Below the pieces are notes generated by a model. It was not told the DNA's origin, ran no database searches, and saw only the letters and a program-made list of their open reading frames with translations. From IMG/VR virus record IMGVR_UViG_3300032282_004613: a DNA stretch of 60,529 nucleotides; one strand, written 5' to 3'. The DNA is from an uncultured virus (IMG/VR IMGVR_UViG_3300032282_004613) (Duplodnaviria; Heunggongvirae; Uroviricota; Caudoviricetes). This document shows positions 37,687 through 48,161 of this stretch, in pieces; the stretch's first letter is position 1; the number at the start of each line of letters is the position of its first letter. A program made the position numbers and the translations under genes.

Positions 37687-37992
37687 ATGTCTGAGGTTGA
37701 TTATGATAAATTAAGGTTAGACGTCCTTATTAAGTTAGCGGACGAAAGGAACATTGAATGTAAACCCAAAAAAGATGAGATTATAAAATATCTTAAAATG
37801 GATGATAACGGGAAATACATTAAAGAAACTACATACACTAAACAAGGTAATGGTTATGTAGTTGGTATTGATATTAGTAATAAAAATCACATGATGCAAA
37901 TGGGTGCATTAATTCTTAAAAAAGAAGCGAGGGCGTTAAATAGGTATTGTGATAATAGAATACAATACTGGGCGCAACAAAAATTAGTTTAA
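37687..37992 (+). CDS. Hypothetical protein with N-terminal SAP/Rho-N-like helical motif
   Basis: Likely start MSEVDYDKL; L..L...R.I....KK.EII..L pattern. Confidence 0.55.
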   Translation: MSEVDYDKLRLDVLIKLADERNIECKPKKDEIIKYLKMDDNGKYIKETTYTKQGNGYVVGIDISNKNHMMQMGALILKKEARALNRYCDNRIQYWAQQKLV

Positions 37993-38492
37993 TTTCTATC
38001 TGAGTAAGTTATAAAAAAACTCTTAAATGCTTTGATTACGCTTGTTTTGTTCTTTGCTGTTATTTTTAATATTTCTTTGTGACCTTCTTTAAATTCGGAC
38101 ACATCTTCTGTTAAATCACCATCTTCGGTAAGGTGTTTTGTAAAATATAAAATACCTTCTTCTTCTAGATCTTCGTCACCATCAGGATGATAAATTGTAG
38201 TACTAGTGCGACCATCTTCGTCCCAACCGTATTCTGTTGTCCCAACAAAATCAGTAGAAAAGTATTCATTTGTGATCATATCCACATTAACTAAATAATT
38301 TGTATTTGTTTCGGTATTTAAAACTAGGGCTAAATCATCGTCATCTAAACGCAAAGTTTTTGCCCACGAAGACCAAAATTTAACATCATAGTTATCAACG
38401 TCTTGAGAATCATCAAACCGGCCAATAAGCCCTCTATAACTGTCTTCTGATGATTCAAATATTTGTTTGGCTAATCTATGTAGTTTTAACAT
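37989..38492 (-). CDS. Hypothetical acidic protein
   Basis: 167 aa, at the end of a - strand operon. Confidence 0.65.
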   Translation of the reverse strand: MLKLHRLAKQIFESSEDSYRGLIGRFDDSQDVDNYDVKFWSSWAKTLRLDDDDLALVLNTETNTNYLVNVDMITNEYFSTDFVGTTEYGWDEDGRTSTTIYHPDGDEDLEEEGILYFTKHLTEDGDLTEDVSEFKEGHKEILKITAKNKTSVIKAFKSFFITYSDRN

Positions 38493-38493
38493 A

Positions 38494-39261
38494 TTACCAA
38501 GTTTTACAAGCCCAGTAACGTGGTTTCCAACGTGGGCCCGGATTGTCGCAATTCATGCGCGCGCGAAAAGATTTACGTCTTTCTGGATTATCTTTTTTAA
38601 TCACCATTCTTTTTCCATGTGCAGATTTACCACCAAAACCAAAGTTTACCTTAACAACTTTACCTTTATCATTTTTAACATAAACTTTAAATTTCTTAAT
38701 ATCTCCTTGCATTATTTTACCAAGTTTAACTTTACGTCCTTGGTATTCTGCTTCATTTAATAAATCATCAGCAATAAAATCGGTTTCCTCTACTGAACCG
38801 TCTTCATCTTCATAGATGAAAACAGATTCTTTTATTGGAACACAATTTGGGACTTCTTTTCCGTTTTTCATTTTTTTTCCAACCATTTCATACCCATCCC
38901 AGCAAGGGTCTTCTCCCTTCATCTTTTCCTCGCTAAATTCTTGAGGTAATCCAGCATCTCTTTTTATGAAATCTTCATCTTCGTATCTGTTTACAGTTTC
39001 ATAATCATTTGCGCTATTCATTATAAAATTAAAAACCTCTTCGATGTCATCTTTAGAGGTCGCTAAATGGTTTACAGCCCATTCATGTTCTTGCATCATG
39101 TCTCTGACCGCTTGTTGCATTTTTTCATCTTGCATTAGTTTAATGATCTTAGATAGTTGACCATGCATGGTTTGGATATCTTGAATATACATGTACCCGC
39201 CTTCCTTTTCTTCGGCTATTTCGTTTAATTTTAACTTTATAATTTGATGTAAGTTTTTCAT
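38494..39261 (-). CDS. Modular phage protein with basic Cys-containing C-terminal domain
   Basis: CWDGYE.VG.K.K.GK.VPNCVP and RRKSFRARM.C.......RYW.C..W motifs seen in large-phage proteins. Confidence 0.7.
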   Translation of the reverse strand: MKNLHQIIKLKLNEIAEEKEGGYMYIQDIQTMHGQLSKIIKLMQDEKMQQAVRDMMQEHEWAVNHLATSKDDIEEVFNFIMNSANDYETVNRYEDEDFIKRDAGLPQEFSEEKMKGEDPCWDGYEMVGKKMKNGKEVPNCVPIKESVFIYEDEDGSVEETDFIADDLLNEAEYQGRKVKLGKIMQGDIKKFKVYVKNDKGKVVKVNFGFGGKSAHGKRMVIKKDNPERRKSFRARMNCDNPGPRWKPRYWACKTW

Positions 39262-39262
39262 A

Positions 39263-40633
39263 TTATTTTTCTGATATTATTTCAAATTTTATTATTTCTT
39301 TATGATGAATTTCTTCATTATGTGTCTTACCTTTTATTTCTAACCAGTATTCCCTGGGAATCATTATTGACGTATCTAGAAAAAACGAATTTTCGTTTGT
39401 TTTATCCATTTGGGTCCAGTCAAAAACAATAACCTGAGTTCTACCTTCTTTTATAAATATCCTGTAATATACCTCATCAAATAAAACCGATTTAGGTAAA
39501 TCTAAAGATCTAAAGGTTACTACTATTTTTCTTTTTTCGCCTCTTTTTACTTTTTCATTTAAATTGATGCCATAGAACTGAGTAGAATATCTTTGTAACT
39601 CTACTGGGTTTGTTCCAACAGTAAAAAGTGACGTATATTGGTTTGGTACAAATTTTTGTTTAACATTAGGTATTGAGATACCATCTAACGACAGTCCTTT
39701 CCAGTTATCGAAATAAAACCTCTTACCGTCACATAAATGACCACTTAGTCCAAAAGTAACCTTATATATCCCTTTTCTTATTTTAGTCGTTGTAAGGCCC
39801 TGTAAACCGTTAACAACGCTATTATTGTAATCTAATATATCCACGGTGGGTAAATTATCTAAATCGTAGTAATTTGAACCTTTTGTTACGTATAAATAAA
39901 GGTTTTGTTGGACTTCAGCGATAAAATTATCCCTATTATCGTCAATTCTATCATCAAAAACGGTCTCTACGAATGGTTCAAAGAATGTTTGAGTGTATTT
40001 TGTGAAGAAAGATACCGATTGGTCCACATCTTCTTTAAGGTCTTGATAGACAACTGCAAATGCTAAACCCAAACCATGGTTAGTGTCACCATTAATGATG
40101 ATCCCATTCACGTAACTGGTAATGTCAATATCGATATTTTCATTACCATTGTCAAAATGTATTGTATCAACAACGACTGGGCTGGTCGAATATATACCTT
40201 CTGCTGACCAGGCGTCTAGAGTAGTTCTATTGAACCAGTTTGATGGCCTTTCATCATAGGTTTCATTACCGGTTGTAAAATCGTAACCTTGTTCATAATC
40301 AAAACCAACACCCTCATCCCAGAATTGTGGGACTTTAAATAAAATTAGGTCAAATGATGTTGTTCTATCCCTACCAGTACCCTTTTTTTGTCCGATAAAT
40401 GACTCATCACCAAATATGGTGTTAGTCATTTTTAGATAATGTTTAGTATCATTATTAACAACATACTCACCATTATCTATTTTTGCTTTCAGTTCTGTAA
40501 AATCAACTTTAAAGATGAATTTAGAGAAACTAGAACCATAAAATATCTCAGTATTTGGGTTTTTGGCCGTGTTTACAACGGATTTCTTAAGAATTGTATT
40601 GTTTTTCTCAAAATACGAACGAAAATAAGACAT
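39263..40633 (-). CDS. Probable virion structural protein (beta-rich)
   Basis: TATTTAT at 40645-40651; beta-rich; adjacent to the gp5-like gene. Confidence 0.55.
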   Translation of the reverse strand: MSYFRSYFEKNNTILKKSVVNTAKNPNTEIFYGSSFSKFIFKVDFTELKAKIDNGEYVVNNDTKHYLKMTNTIFGDESFIGQKKGTGRDRTTSFDLILFKVPQFWDEGVGFDYEQGYDFTTGNETYDERPSNWFNRTTLDAWSAEGIYSTSPVVVDTIHFDNGNENIDIDITSYVNGIIINGDTNHGLGLAFAVVYQDLKEDVDQSVSFFTKYTQTFFEPFVETVFDDRIDDNRDNFIAEVQQNLYLYVTKGSNYYDLDNLPTVDILDYNNSVVNGLQGLTTTKIRKGIYKVTFGLSGHLCDGKRFYFDNWKGLSLDGISIPNVKQKFVPNQYTSLFTVGTNPVELQRYSTQFYGINLNEKVKRGEKRKIVVTFRSLDLPKSVLFDEVYYRIFIKEGRTQVIVFDWTQMDKTNENSFFLDTSIMIPREYWLEIKGKTHNEEIHHKEIIKFEIISEK

Positions 40634-40656
40634 GTTTTTATTTAATAAATATCAAA

Positions 40657-42198
40657 TTAGTTGATTCTAAGTGAACTATTTACCATATCTTCTTTCATTC
40701 TGTTTTTTAAGTCGTTGATTTTCTCTTTTAACTCCTTTGGCCATTTTGGTGGAGTTACAATTCCGTGCTTGTGACCCAATAACATTTCGACTATTAATTC
40801 AAGAATTTCAATTAGTTTTTCACCACGAACTAAAGAGAATGTGCTAGGATCTATTTTTTCCAAATAGTCCGTTTGATTAAGTTCATATTTTGTGAGATTA
40901 GGAAAATCAACTCTTTTATCGCCTAACCCATTTTTTTCACTAGAAAGGATATAAAACCTATCGGAGATTACGGAACCAATACTTTGTTCGATAAAATCTT
41001 CTCTAATGATTTTATTATTTCTATCCAAAGTTATGTGTTTATTCCTCACAACGTTAACTTCTTTAATTCTTTCAAATGCCGTTGGTTCTGCTGAATCTTT
41101 ATCAAAGAACAAACCATGATTATCTCTAACTGAAACTTTAATATTAGTTAAAAACTTAACTTTATTATCATTTTCCAATGTTGTTGTTACGCTTCTTTCA
41201 ACCAAAGAATTTGGTTCAATAACTGGTCTGAAATAAAATGGATGAGCATAAGTTTCTGGAAGTGTTGTTGATGTAACAGACATTTTATCATTATCTAATG
41301 TTGATATAAAATTTCTAACAGTAACATAACCTTCTTCAATACTTGAAATTTCAATAGTATCACTATATATTAATTCAGTATTACCACTAATATTATATGT
41401 TCTAGAATCAAATTTATCTGTTTTAAATTTTTCACCTTCTGGACCTTTTACTTTATAGATGTTTAACGTTACACCAGTTGGGTTAGCAAAATCGTTTATA
41501 TCGTATTCAACAATATGTGCTAAATCTGATCTATTAATTCCGTTAATTACGCTTCTTTCTTTAACTAGTTCAGCGGTATAAGGGAATTTTTTTAAAGATA
41601 GTTTTGATATGGTTTTACCTCTGTACGGATAAACGCTTAACTTATCTTTAATACTTTTACTCTTTGTTTCTTTGGTAACAAATTTACCAGCCCTTAATTG
41701 CACGCCATTATCTGTCAATAATAAATCGGAACCATAATTTCCATAAACGGCAATATCTCCCGTTTTGGCCATAGTACCAACAGAATTTGCTTCGACATAA
41801 TTGTCTTCAAATGTTGTTTTAGAGTTACTAAAATCCTTAATATCTGGACCTTTTTCTGAATCAATTCCGTAAGATGTAAAAACTAACTGAGTTTTAAAAA
41901 CTTGATTTTTAAAATCATGTGCCGTGGTAAATGGCCCCGGAACGTATTCCTGGTTAGTAATACCATCCGCTTCAGCGATATGTTTTATAACTTTAACTGC
42001 TGTTTTTTCTTCAGGAATAATTGATAAATGAGTTGGTAAAAATGGAGACGCCATTAATGGATCATTCTTAGCCCATTCAGGTCCTTTATAAATTTTTTGT
42101 TTAGCCGAGATATTATCATCAAAAGAAAAGTATCTAATTCTACCTATACCTTGTGGATCTTTGTTACTAAGAACGGTTCCAATATCGATTATTTTCAT
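40657..42198 (-). CDS. Baseplate hub/spike gp5-like protein
   Basis: N-terminal G.V..N.DP...GRIR (OB-fold) and P.LP......P motifs; C-terminal LVRGE.L...H.H. Confidence 0.55.
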   Translation of the reverse strand: MKIIDIGTVLSNKDPQGIGRIRYFSFDDNISAKQKIYKGPEWAKNDPLMASPFLPTHLSIIPEEKTAVKVIKHIAEADGITNQEYVPGPFTTAHDFKNQVFKTQLVFTSYGIDSEKGPDIKDFSNSKTTFEDNYVEANSVGTMAKTGDIAVYGNYGSDLLLTDNGVQLRAGKFVTKETKSKSIKDKLSVYPYRGKTISKLSLKKFPYTAELVKERSVINGINRSDLAHIVEYDINDFANPTGVTLNIYKVKGPEGEKFKTDKFDSRTYNISGNTELIYSDTIEISSIEEGYVTVRNFISTLDNDKMSVTSTTLPETYAHPFYFRPVIEPNSLVERSVTTTLENDNKVKFLTNIKVSVRDNHGLFFDKDSAEPTAFERIKEVNVVRNKHITLDRNNKIIREDFIEQSIGSVISDRFYILSSEKNGLGDKRVDFPNLTKYELNQTDYLEKIDPSTFSLVRGEKLIEILELIVEMLLGHKHGIVTPPKWPKELKEKINDLKNRMKEDMVNSSLRIN

Positions 42199-42392
42199 TT
42201 AGTTCTTTTTGCTATTTCTTCATTAATCTTATTATACAAATGTTCAATTGCATCTAAGTGTCTAGTTAAATCAATTATGATTTGTTTTGCCTTTTCGTGC
42301 TCTTCAATTAAAAAATCTCTAGATTCTACTAGAGTTTTATTTGGTTGATTTTCAACATCATTCGCTATTTCTAATATTTTTTCTTTTTCCAT
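42195..42392 (-). CDS. Small coiled-coil protein
   Basis: 65 aa, translationally coupled. Confidence 0.65.
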   Translation of the reverse strand: MEKEKILEIANDVENQPNKTLVESRDFLIEEHEKAKQIIIDLTRHLDAIEHLYNKINEEIAKRTK

Positions 42393-44293
42393 TACATTAA
42401 TATTCCTGTTCCTTTTACTAATGGTGAAATTAATGCGGCACCGCCTAATGGCGCTACTGGAATTGTTCCAGGATCTAAACTAATTTGAACAAATGAATTT
42501 TCATCCATTTCATCTTGATGTCCACAAAGAACTGATTGAACAAAAGACATCAAATTGTTGGGTTCACCAAAAAGGTCACCAGTTTCAACACCATTTGCTT
42601 CTAGTTTTTCACCAACATTTATTGTTGCTCTATCACAACTAAATCCAGGTCTAGTTTTTGCAAGTTGCAATAAGAAACCTGATATTTTTGTTTTTACCCC
42701 AACTCTTAGTAAATCTAATAGTTTTAATATTTGTTGATACAAATCAGTACAATTTTTAATAGATAAAAATGGTATTGCGTAAGAAAGAACTTTTAATAAA
42801 CTTTTAATAATTTTAATAAATCTTTTTGATGCTTTTTTAAATAATCTAGGAACCAACGCTGTTACAAGTTTAATTAATTCTGGTTTTACTTTTTTCCAAA
42901 AAATTGTAATAAATTTAAAGAATAAATCTTGTAAAATACCAAATAATAATTTAGCAAAATTTTTAATTAAATCTTTTGCTGATGTGAATATATTGATACC
43001 TGTCGCTTTTAGCATTTTCCATAAAACAGCCAAAGGTAAAAATATTTTTGCTGAAAATATTGAACCTAATAATGCTTTTGGTAAATTGGCAACTGCCATC
43101 ATATTCATTGATACTGAAAAGTTTTTTAAGGGTATAGAACTTTCTCCAGGAGCAGAAGATGCTGCATTATATGCGTCTTTTGCAACCTTATTTAATGTAG
43201 AGTTATAAGCCGCTAAAGGATCTTTTTTTGAAAGGTATGCAAAATCTTCAATGTGATTTTTATTAATAGGTACTTCAAAATTATTACAATCTGTAAATCT
43301 TAAAACTCTTTTATATCTTAAATTTTCATCATCTAAGTCAATCCCATCAACATCATCAAAGTCAAAATAAAATTGAGTATCTTCTTGTTCATCCTCTTCA
43401 AATTGATCTATTGCCGTTTGCTGTAATTCATTGTCTTTATTTGGCACTCCGCAAGCGCACATTACTTTAGATAAAACTCTATTTAAAGAATTCATATTAA
43501 CATCAAATTCTTTTGTTTGGGTTCCGTCTCCACTTAATAACATTGACATACTATTTTTGATAATATCACTAGGTGTTGGGAATTCTATTGTTTCGTAGTA
43601 TTGTGAAATAAATTGATCCACAGTTTGATTTGAACTAGTTCCTTGTAACCCTGTTACATTATAATGTTGTGCACCTGGGTCCCACGCTAATGAAAATATA
43701 TCGTTTCCAGAATTACTAACAAAAGTGTATGGTGCGGTGTTATCAAATCTTTGATAAAGTTCAGTATTCATTTTAACTTTATCTCTTTGTTTTTGATCTT
43801 CATACAATAGTGTTCCCATTGGAGTAGTAGGGTCCATTTTTAATGTCCCTAAAAAATCAAATTCTGTTGGTTTTATTGTAATGTTATTATAAGGCATTGT
43901 AGTGCTAGTTCCACATCCAAAATTACTATCGTTTGCAAATAGAACTTTTTTTACATTATCAATAACAACTTGTTTTGTGGATTTAACGGTTTCGTCTATC
44001 GATTCTCTTGTATATTTTCTTATCTTAGATTCACCCTTAATTTCATCTATACCAACCATTTTATCTAAATCTGAAATAAGTCCGTCAAATATGTTTTTTG
44101 TGTTAGGTAATTTCTTTTTTGCTTTATCAGCAAAATCTTGCAACTTCTTTCCTTGTTTATTTAACAAATCTTTGGTATCGCCATCCAGTTTTTTTAAGAA
44201 ATCTCCGTCAAAATTTTTTACTTTTTCATTAAAACTTTTAATAGCGTTAATTTTACCAATCGACTCTTTTCTTAGATCTTTTAAATTAGCCAT
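42392..44293 (-). CDS. Hypothetical, probably structural protein
   Basis: 633 aa with amphipathic helices in the C-terminal half. Confidence 0.65.
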   Translation of the reverse strand: MANLKDLRKESIGKINAIKSFNEKVKNFDGDFLKKLDGDTKDLLNKQGKKLQDFADKAKKKLPNTKNIFDGLISDLDKMVGIDEIKGESKIRKYTRESIDETVKSTKQVVIDNVKKVLFANDSNFGCGTSTTMPYNNITIKPTEFDFLGTLKMDPTTPMGTLLYEDQKQRDKVKMNTELYQRFDNTAPYTFVSNSGNDIFSLAWDPGAQHYNVTGLQGTSSNQTVDQFISQYYETIEFPTPSDIIKNSMSMLLSGDGTQTKEFDVNMNSLNRVLSKVMCACGVPNKDNELQQTAIDQFEEDEQEDTQFYFDFDDVDGIDLDDENLRYKRVLRFTDCNNFEVPINKNHIEDFAYLSKKDPLAAYNSTLNKVAKDAYNAASSAPGESSIPLKNFSVSMNMMAVANLPKALLGSIFSAKIFLPLAVLWKMLKATGINIFTSAKDLIKNFAKLLFGILQDLFFKFITIFWKKVKPELIKLVTALVPRLFKKASKRFIKIIKSLLKVLSYAIPFLSIKNCTDLYQQILKLLDLLRVGVKTKISGFLLQLAKTRPGFSCDRATINVGEKLEANGVETGDLFGEPNNLMSFVQSVLCGHQDEMDENSFVQISLDPGTIPVAPLGGAALISPLVKGTGILM

Positions 44294-44676
44294 TATAATG
44301 AATATTTTTCACCGTTTTTATCGTTATCTGGCTCTTCGTTAACTAATTTAGCCAAAATCTCTCTATCTTCGTCACTTAAAGTCATTTTTCCTCCACCAAA
44401 TTTACCACCATCATTACCTCCAGATTTTTGAATCAAATTTGTTTGGATTTTAACCAATGATATCTTCTTTTCAGTACATTCGTTTAGGATTTTTTGTTGC
44501 TCTTTGATTACTGGACCAATTACGGACATGTCTTCTGATTCTTTCATAAACGAAAGCATCTTTTTCATGATAAGAGTAGCGGTATTTTTTTGTTCTACAA
44601 TGTCATTATAGATTTCTTGCATTAGTGCAAGTGCTGAATCTGTCTCTAACGCTATGTTTTTTCTAATGTTTCTCAT
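44293..44676 (-). CDS. Hypothetical coiled-coil protein
   Basis: TATTTAT at 44681-44687; 127 aa. Confidence 0.65.
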   Translation of the reverse strand: MRNIRKNIALETDSALALMQEIYNDIVEQKNTATLIMKKMLSFMKESEDMSVIGPVIKEQQKILNECTEKKISLVKIQTNLIQKSGGNDGGKFGGGKMTLSDEDREILAKLVNEEPDNDKNGEKYSL

Positions 44677-44690
44677 AATAATAAATAGAT

Positions 44691-45389
44691 TTACTCTAAA
44701 AACTTGCCCAAAATACCTTCATAAAGCACTTTATACTTTTTTATTGATATTCTAATTTCTTTTGTTGACAAAGATGTCATTTCTCTTAGAGACAACAAGA
44801 TAAGGTTCTTGTTGAACTTGTTTCCGTCACCAACTTGAAATATTTTATCAAAATTACTGAATATTTCAAGTAGGGCATATCCAAGTTTTCGCTCATTATC
44901 TGTTAAAACCTCATTGTCAATATAAGTTTCCAACTCTACTGACAATTTAATGATAATATTACTATAATCTATGTGTTCTTCATCAATATAATATGCTAAA
45001 TCAGTCCTTTCTTCAATGTCTGAAGAGACATCCTCATAAGAAACACTCCTATTTTGTTCTTTGTTATCTTTTTGGATTGCTCCCATTAAGTAATTCTTAC
45101 AAATGGTACCAAAATAGGAATATGCTTTATGATTTTTTGTGTGATCAAATTTATTGATCTTTGTAATAAGAAATGACATCGTATCCGTGTGTAGATCTGT
45201 AAAATCATAATCTTTTCTGTATAGTTTGTATCTTCTAATGATACTTTCAACCATCGTGATGAGAGGTTCTCTTAAATATTCATTGAATATCTTGTTTCTT
45301 TCTGCTTCGTCTGTACTTTCTAAGTAACTAACTACTGCCTTTTCTTGATCCTCCCCAAAATATATTTTTTGGGTTCGTTTTCTTGGCAT
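44691..45389 (-). CDS. Phage late sigma factor (T4 gp55-like)
   Basis: KINKFD..KNHKAYSYFGTICKNYL resembles sigma region 2 as seen in gp55 (FD..K..N..AYFTQ). Confidence 0.65.
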   Translation of the reverse strand: MPRKRTQKIYFGEDQEKAVVSYLESTDEAERNKIFNEYLREPLITMVESIIRRYKLYRKDYDFTDLHTDTMSFLITKINKFDHTKNHKAYSYFGTICKNYLMGAIQKDNKEQNRSVSYEDVSSDIEERTDLAYYIDEEHIDYSNIIIKLSVELETYIDNEVLTDNERKLGYALLEIFSNFDKIFQVGDGNKFNKNLILLSLREMTSLSTKEIRISIKKYKVLYEGILGKFLE

Positions 45390-45392
45390 TTA

Positions 45393-46178
45393 TTAATTCG
45401 TATAGTTTACTTCTCGTTTATTTTTAAAGAAAAATTCTTTTTTAGCAGTATCTAGCCAAAATTTAACTTCATCTTCTGACATTTTAAAACCGTCGTCATT
45501 TTTATAAGCCCAGAAAAGAGAATCTTCTCTAAGGTTTACGTGCCTATAGCCAATTCTCGGAATTGACATAACTTTTACACCGTTATGTGTTAATCTTAAT
45601 AACAATTCATACGGGAAAGTCAATTTAATGTTGTTTTTAAACGAACCATTGTCTTTGAAAACTTGTGTTCTGTATAAACCGCCACTTGTTTGGTAGTTTT
45701 GGTATTCTAATAGCACTTCATTGTCTAAAAATCCTTGTGTGTCTGAAAAACCATACGCCCAAACGGATTCATTTGTATAACTCATGAACTCACCTTCTTT
45801 ATTAACATCTTTAATAATACTCAAAAAGACATCAACATCTGGATATTCTTTTACATATTCAGTAACGTTAGATAACCACTTTTTTTGATATTCATCGTCA
45901 ACTTCTAAAATTGAAAACCATTCAGTATCACATGCTGCTGCACCAATATTTATTTGAGAACAAAAATCGGTTTCCTTTGATGTGTTGTAAATAACTTCAA
46001 GTTCTAATTTTTGACCAAAGTTAAATTCTTTGATTTTTTTTGTTAATTTTTCTGGACAAATTATTTTAACTTTAACATCATTATGGAATTCTTTAACAGA
46101 ATCCAATGCGTTTTCTAGCATTTTATCATAATCATTATCTAGTTTATGTACAGGAATTAAAATTGTTATATTTTTCAT
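45393..46178 (-). CDS. Glycosyltransferase family 2
   Basis: ITILIPVH, N.G....TEWFSILEVDD and ELLLRL motifs. Confidence 0.8.
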   Translation of the reverse strand: MKNITILIPVHKLDNDYDKMLENALDSVKEFHNDVKVKIICPEKLTKKIKEFNFGQKLELEVIYNTSKETDFCSQINIGAAACDTEWFSILEVDDEYQKKWLSNVTEYVKEYPDVDVFLSIIKDVNKEGEFMSYTNESVWAYGFSDTQGFLDNEVLLEYQNYQTSGGLYRTQVFKDNGSFKNNIKLTFPYELLLRLTHNGVKVMSIPRIGYRHVNLREDSLFWAYKNDDGFKMSEDEVKFWLDTAKKEFFFKNKREVNYTN

Positions 46179-47242
46179 GCTTTTTCTTCAACTTTTAATT
46201 TTTCAAGAGCCGACTCGATCGATTCTTTTCTTTTATTTTTTAATGATGTAAAAATTGAAACTGTATTATTAACAGTAACCTCTCTATCATATTGAACTAA
46301 TGTTTCTTTCATTTTGTCTTTTACTTCATCAGTTATATCTGCACCTTCTAACCAAGCAAGACAGTATGTTCCAAGTAATTCAACAATTTTATTTCCGTCA
46401 TATGTCCACATACCATTTTCAGATAACCAATCTGGTTCTGTATCTGGAATTTTACCAATCACAGGTACACCACACTTCATTGATTCTAGCGGGAATGTAC
46501 CAAATGTACTCTCATCATCTAACCATATGGAAACAAAGCACTCTTTTAGCGTATCAGCAAATTCGGTATATTGCATTTGTACCATATCTCTAAATGTTAT
46601 CCATCTTAATTGTGGGTAACGAAGATAAAATTCTGAAATTATTTTTCTATGTTGTGATCTATCTCTACAAGATATTGCAATATATGGTTTTGCTGGTTTT
46701 TCCGATGGAGAAAATATATCATCAATAATTGGTGGAATAATGTATACTAAACTCTCTGGAAAATATGTTAAAATATATTCTTTACATTTATTGGTTGTGG
46801 TAATCACCTTATCAAAACCAAACTCAGACCATCTGCTACCAATTGGTAATGTTTCAAACATATATTCTTTTTGTTGTACAAGCATCACTTTAACACATCT
46901 AATACTAGACAATTGTTGTAAAACATTTGAATAGTATTCTGGAACAACTAAAATATCTTCAATCTTAAGTTCTATCTTATCTTCTTTAATTGATACAACT
47001 TCTATATCAGAATATGTGTCGTCTAACCATGACTTAACGCCAGAGTAGGTTTTATCTTCAACTAGTATTTTACTGTTGAATCCATTTTGTTTAGTAATTA
47101 AGGCAAGGTCGTAAATGTGTTTTACCGCTGCTCTTGCATTACCTTTTGTTTCATAGCATAAAAAATATACAACGCTATCACCAGTATTTAATCTAGTTAA
47201 TGCGTCTTCTAATTTTTCTATGTTTTTTTGTTTTTCACTCAT
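46175..47242 (-). CDS. Glycosyltransferase (GT-B, family 4-like)
   Basis: VVPE and FGTFPLESMKCGVPVI motifs. Confidence 0.75.
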   Translation of the reverse strand: MSEKQKNIEKLEDALTRLNTGDSVVYFLCYETKGNARAAVKHIYDLALITKQNGFNSKILVEDKTYSGVKSWLDDTYSDIEVVSIKEDKIELKIEDILVVPEYYSNVLQQLSSIRCVKVMLVQQKEYMFETLPIGSRWSEFGFDKVITTTNKCKEYILTYFPESLVYIIPPIIDDIFSPSEKPAKPYIAISCRDRSQHRKIISEFYLRYPQLRWITFRDMVQMQYTEFADTLKECFVSIWLDDESTFGTFPLESMKCGVPVIGKIPDTEPDWLSENGMWTYDGNKIVELLGTYCLAWLEGADITDEVKDKMKETLVQYDREVTVNNTVSIFTSLKNKRKESIESALEKLKVEEKA

Positions 47243-47531
47243 TTTCGTCTTCGTTTTCTTCGATTATTATTCCGTATTTTAATAGGGTATTAAATGCAAT
47301 CTTAAATGATACTGATGTTGATTTTTGTGCAAACGGTCCGATTTCCTCATCAATTTCATCGACCTCGCCAAGCACTCTTTCTAACATTAATTTGAATATT
47401 TCGTATTTAAAAACATTTATTTCTAAAACGTCTTTTCCTTCTTCATCTTTTATTGTGTCACCAGTTCTACAGTTTGCGGTAATTGAATCTAAATCAATGT
47501 AGTATCCTTTACCAAAAATTTTTTCTATCAT
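47235..47531 (-). CDS. Hypothetical protein
   Basis: 98 aa, translationally coupled. Confidence 0.65.
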   Translation of the reverse strand: MIEKIFGKGYYIDLDSITANCRTGDTIKDEEGKDVLEINVFKYEIFKLMLERVLGEVDEIDEEIGPFAQKSTSVSFKIAFNTLLKYGIIIEENEDENE

Positions 47532-48124
47532 TATTCTATTAATTTTATTTCCGAACTATTTTTACTAACAAATAATTTATCTAATTTATCTTCACAAGTA
47601 AAGTGTTCGTTATATTTCGTCTTAAACAGACGGAATTTTTTATTTTCAGGACACAAGTCCATAATTTTTTTATTGTCACTAATCCAAACGTCAACATCGC
47701 CCCATTCTTTAGTAATGTCTTCAGTTTTTATAAATTTAATATTTGTGGCCATACAACCATTTCTAGATAAAAAGAATAAAGTCGCTGGACGTGCCTTACC
47801 AAATTCATCTAGACCAACTAATGTTATTGTATTGTCTTGATTTTCATGGATAAAATTATTTAGGTCATTAATTACGCCAGTATAACTAACTGGGCTATGA
47901 CCAAATAACTCCATTGGATATTCTATGTATGTGAAAAACTCAAACTCTTCTTTAGATTGAAAAGCGAAATGATCCATTAAGTTATTATTAGTTAATGGTT
48001 CTGTAACCTTGTAATCAAATTCAGTACTAGGTTCCTCAACATCAATATACGCTTGTTCGTAATGATAATGAAATCTATTAATAAAATTTCTTAATACTCC
48101 ATCAATTGATATGTAAATATTCAT
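47531..48124 (-). CDS. HAD/5'(3')-nucleotidase-like protein with degenerate motif I
   Basis: IYISIDGVLRNF, T.FFL, DVWISDN and YN motifs. Confidence 0.6.
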   Translation of the reverse strand: MNIYISIDGVLRNFINRFHYHYEQAYIDVEEPSTEFDYKVTEPLTNNNLMDHFAFQSKEEFEFFTYIEYPMELFGHSPVSYTGVINDLNNFIHENQDNTITLVGLDEFGKARPATLFFLSRNGCMATNIKFIKTEDITKEWGDVDVWISDNKKIMDLCPENKKFRLFKTKYNEHFTCEDKLDKLFVSKNSSEIKLIE

Positions 48125-48161
48125 GTATGAAATATAACAAGTTTACTATATAAAGTAAACT

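Noticed and set aside
45262..45273. 12-nt complementarity between the 20.7-kb RNA candidate (AGAGGUUCUCUU) and the sigma factor mRNA
   Set aside because: One 12-mer match from a ~100-nt query against 60 kb is within chance, and it lies mid-CDS.
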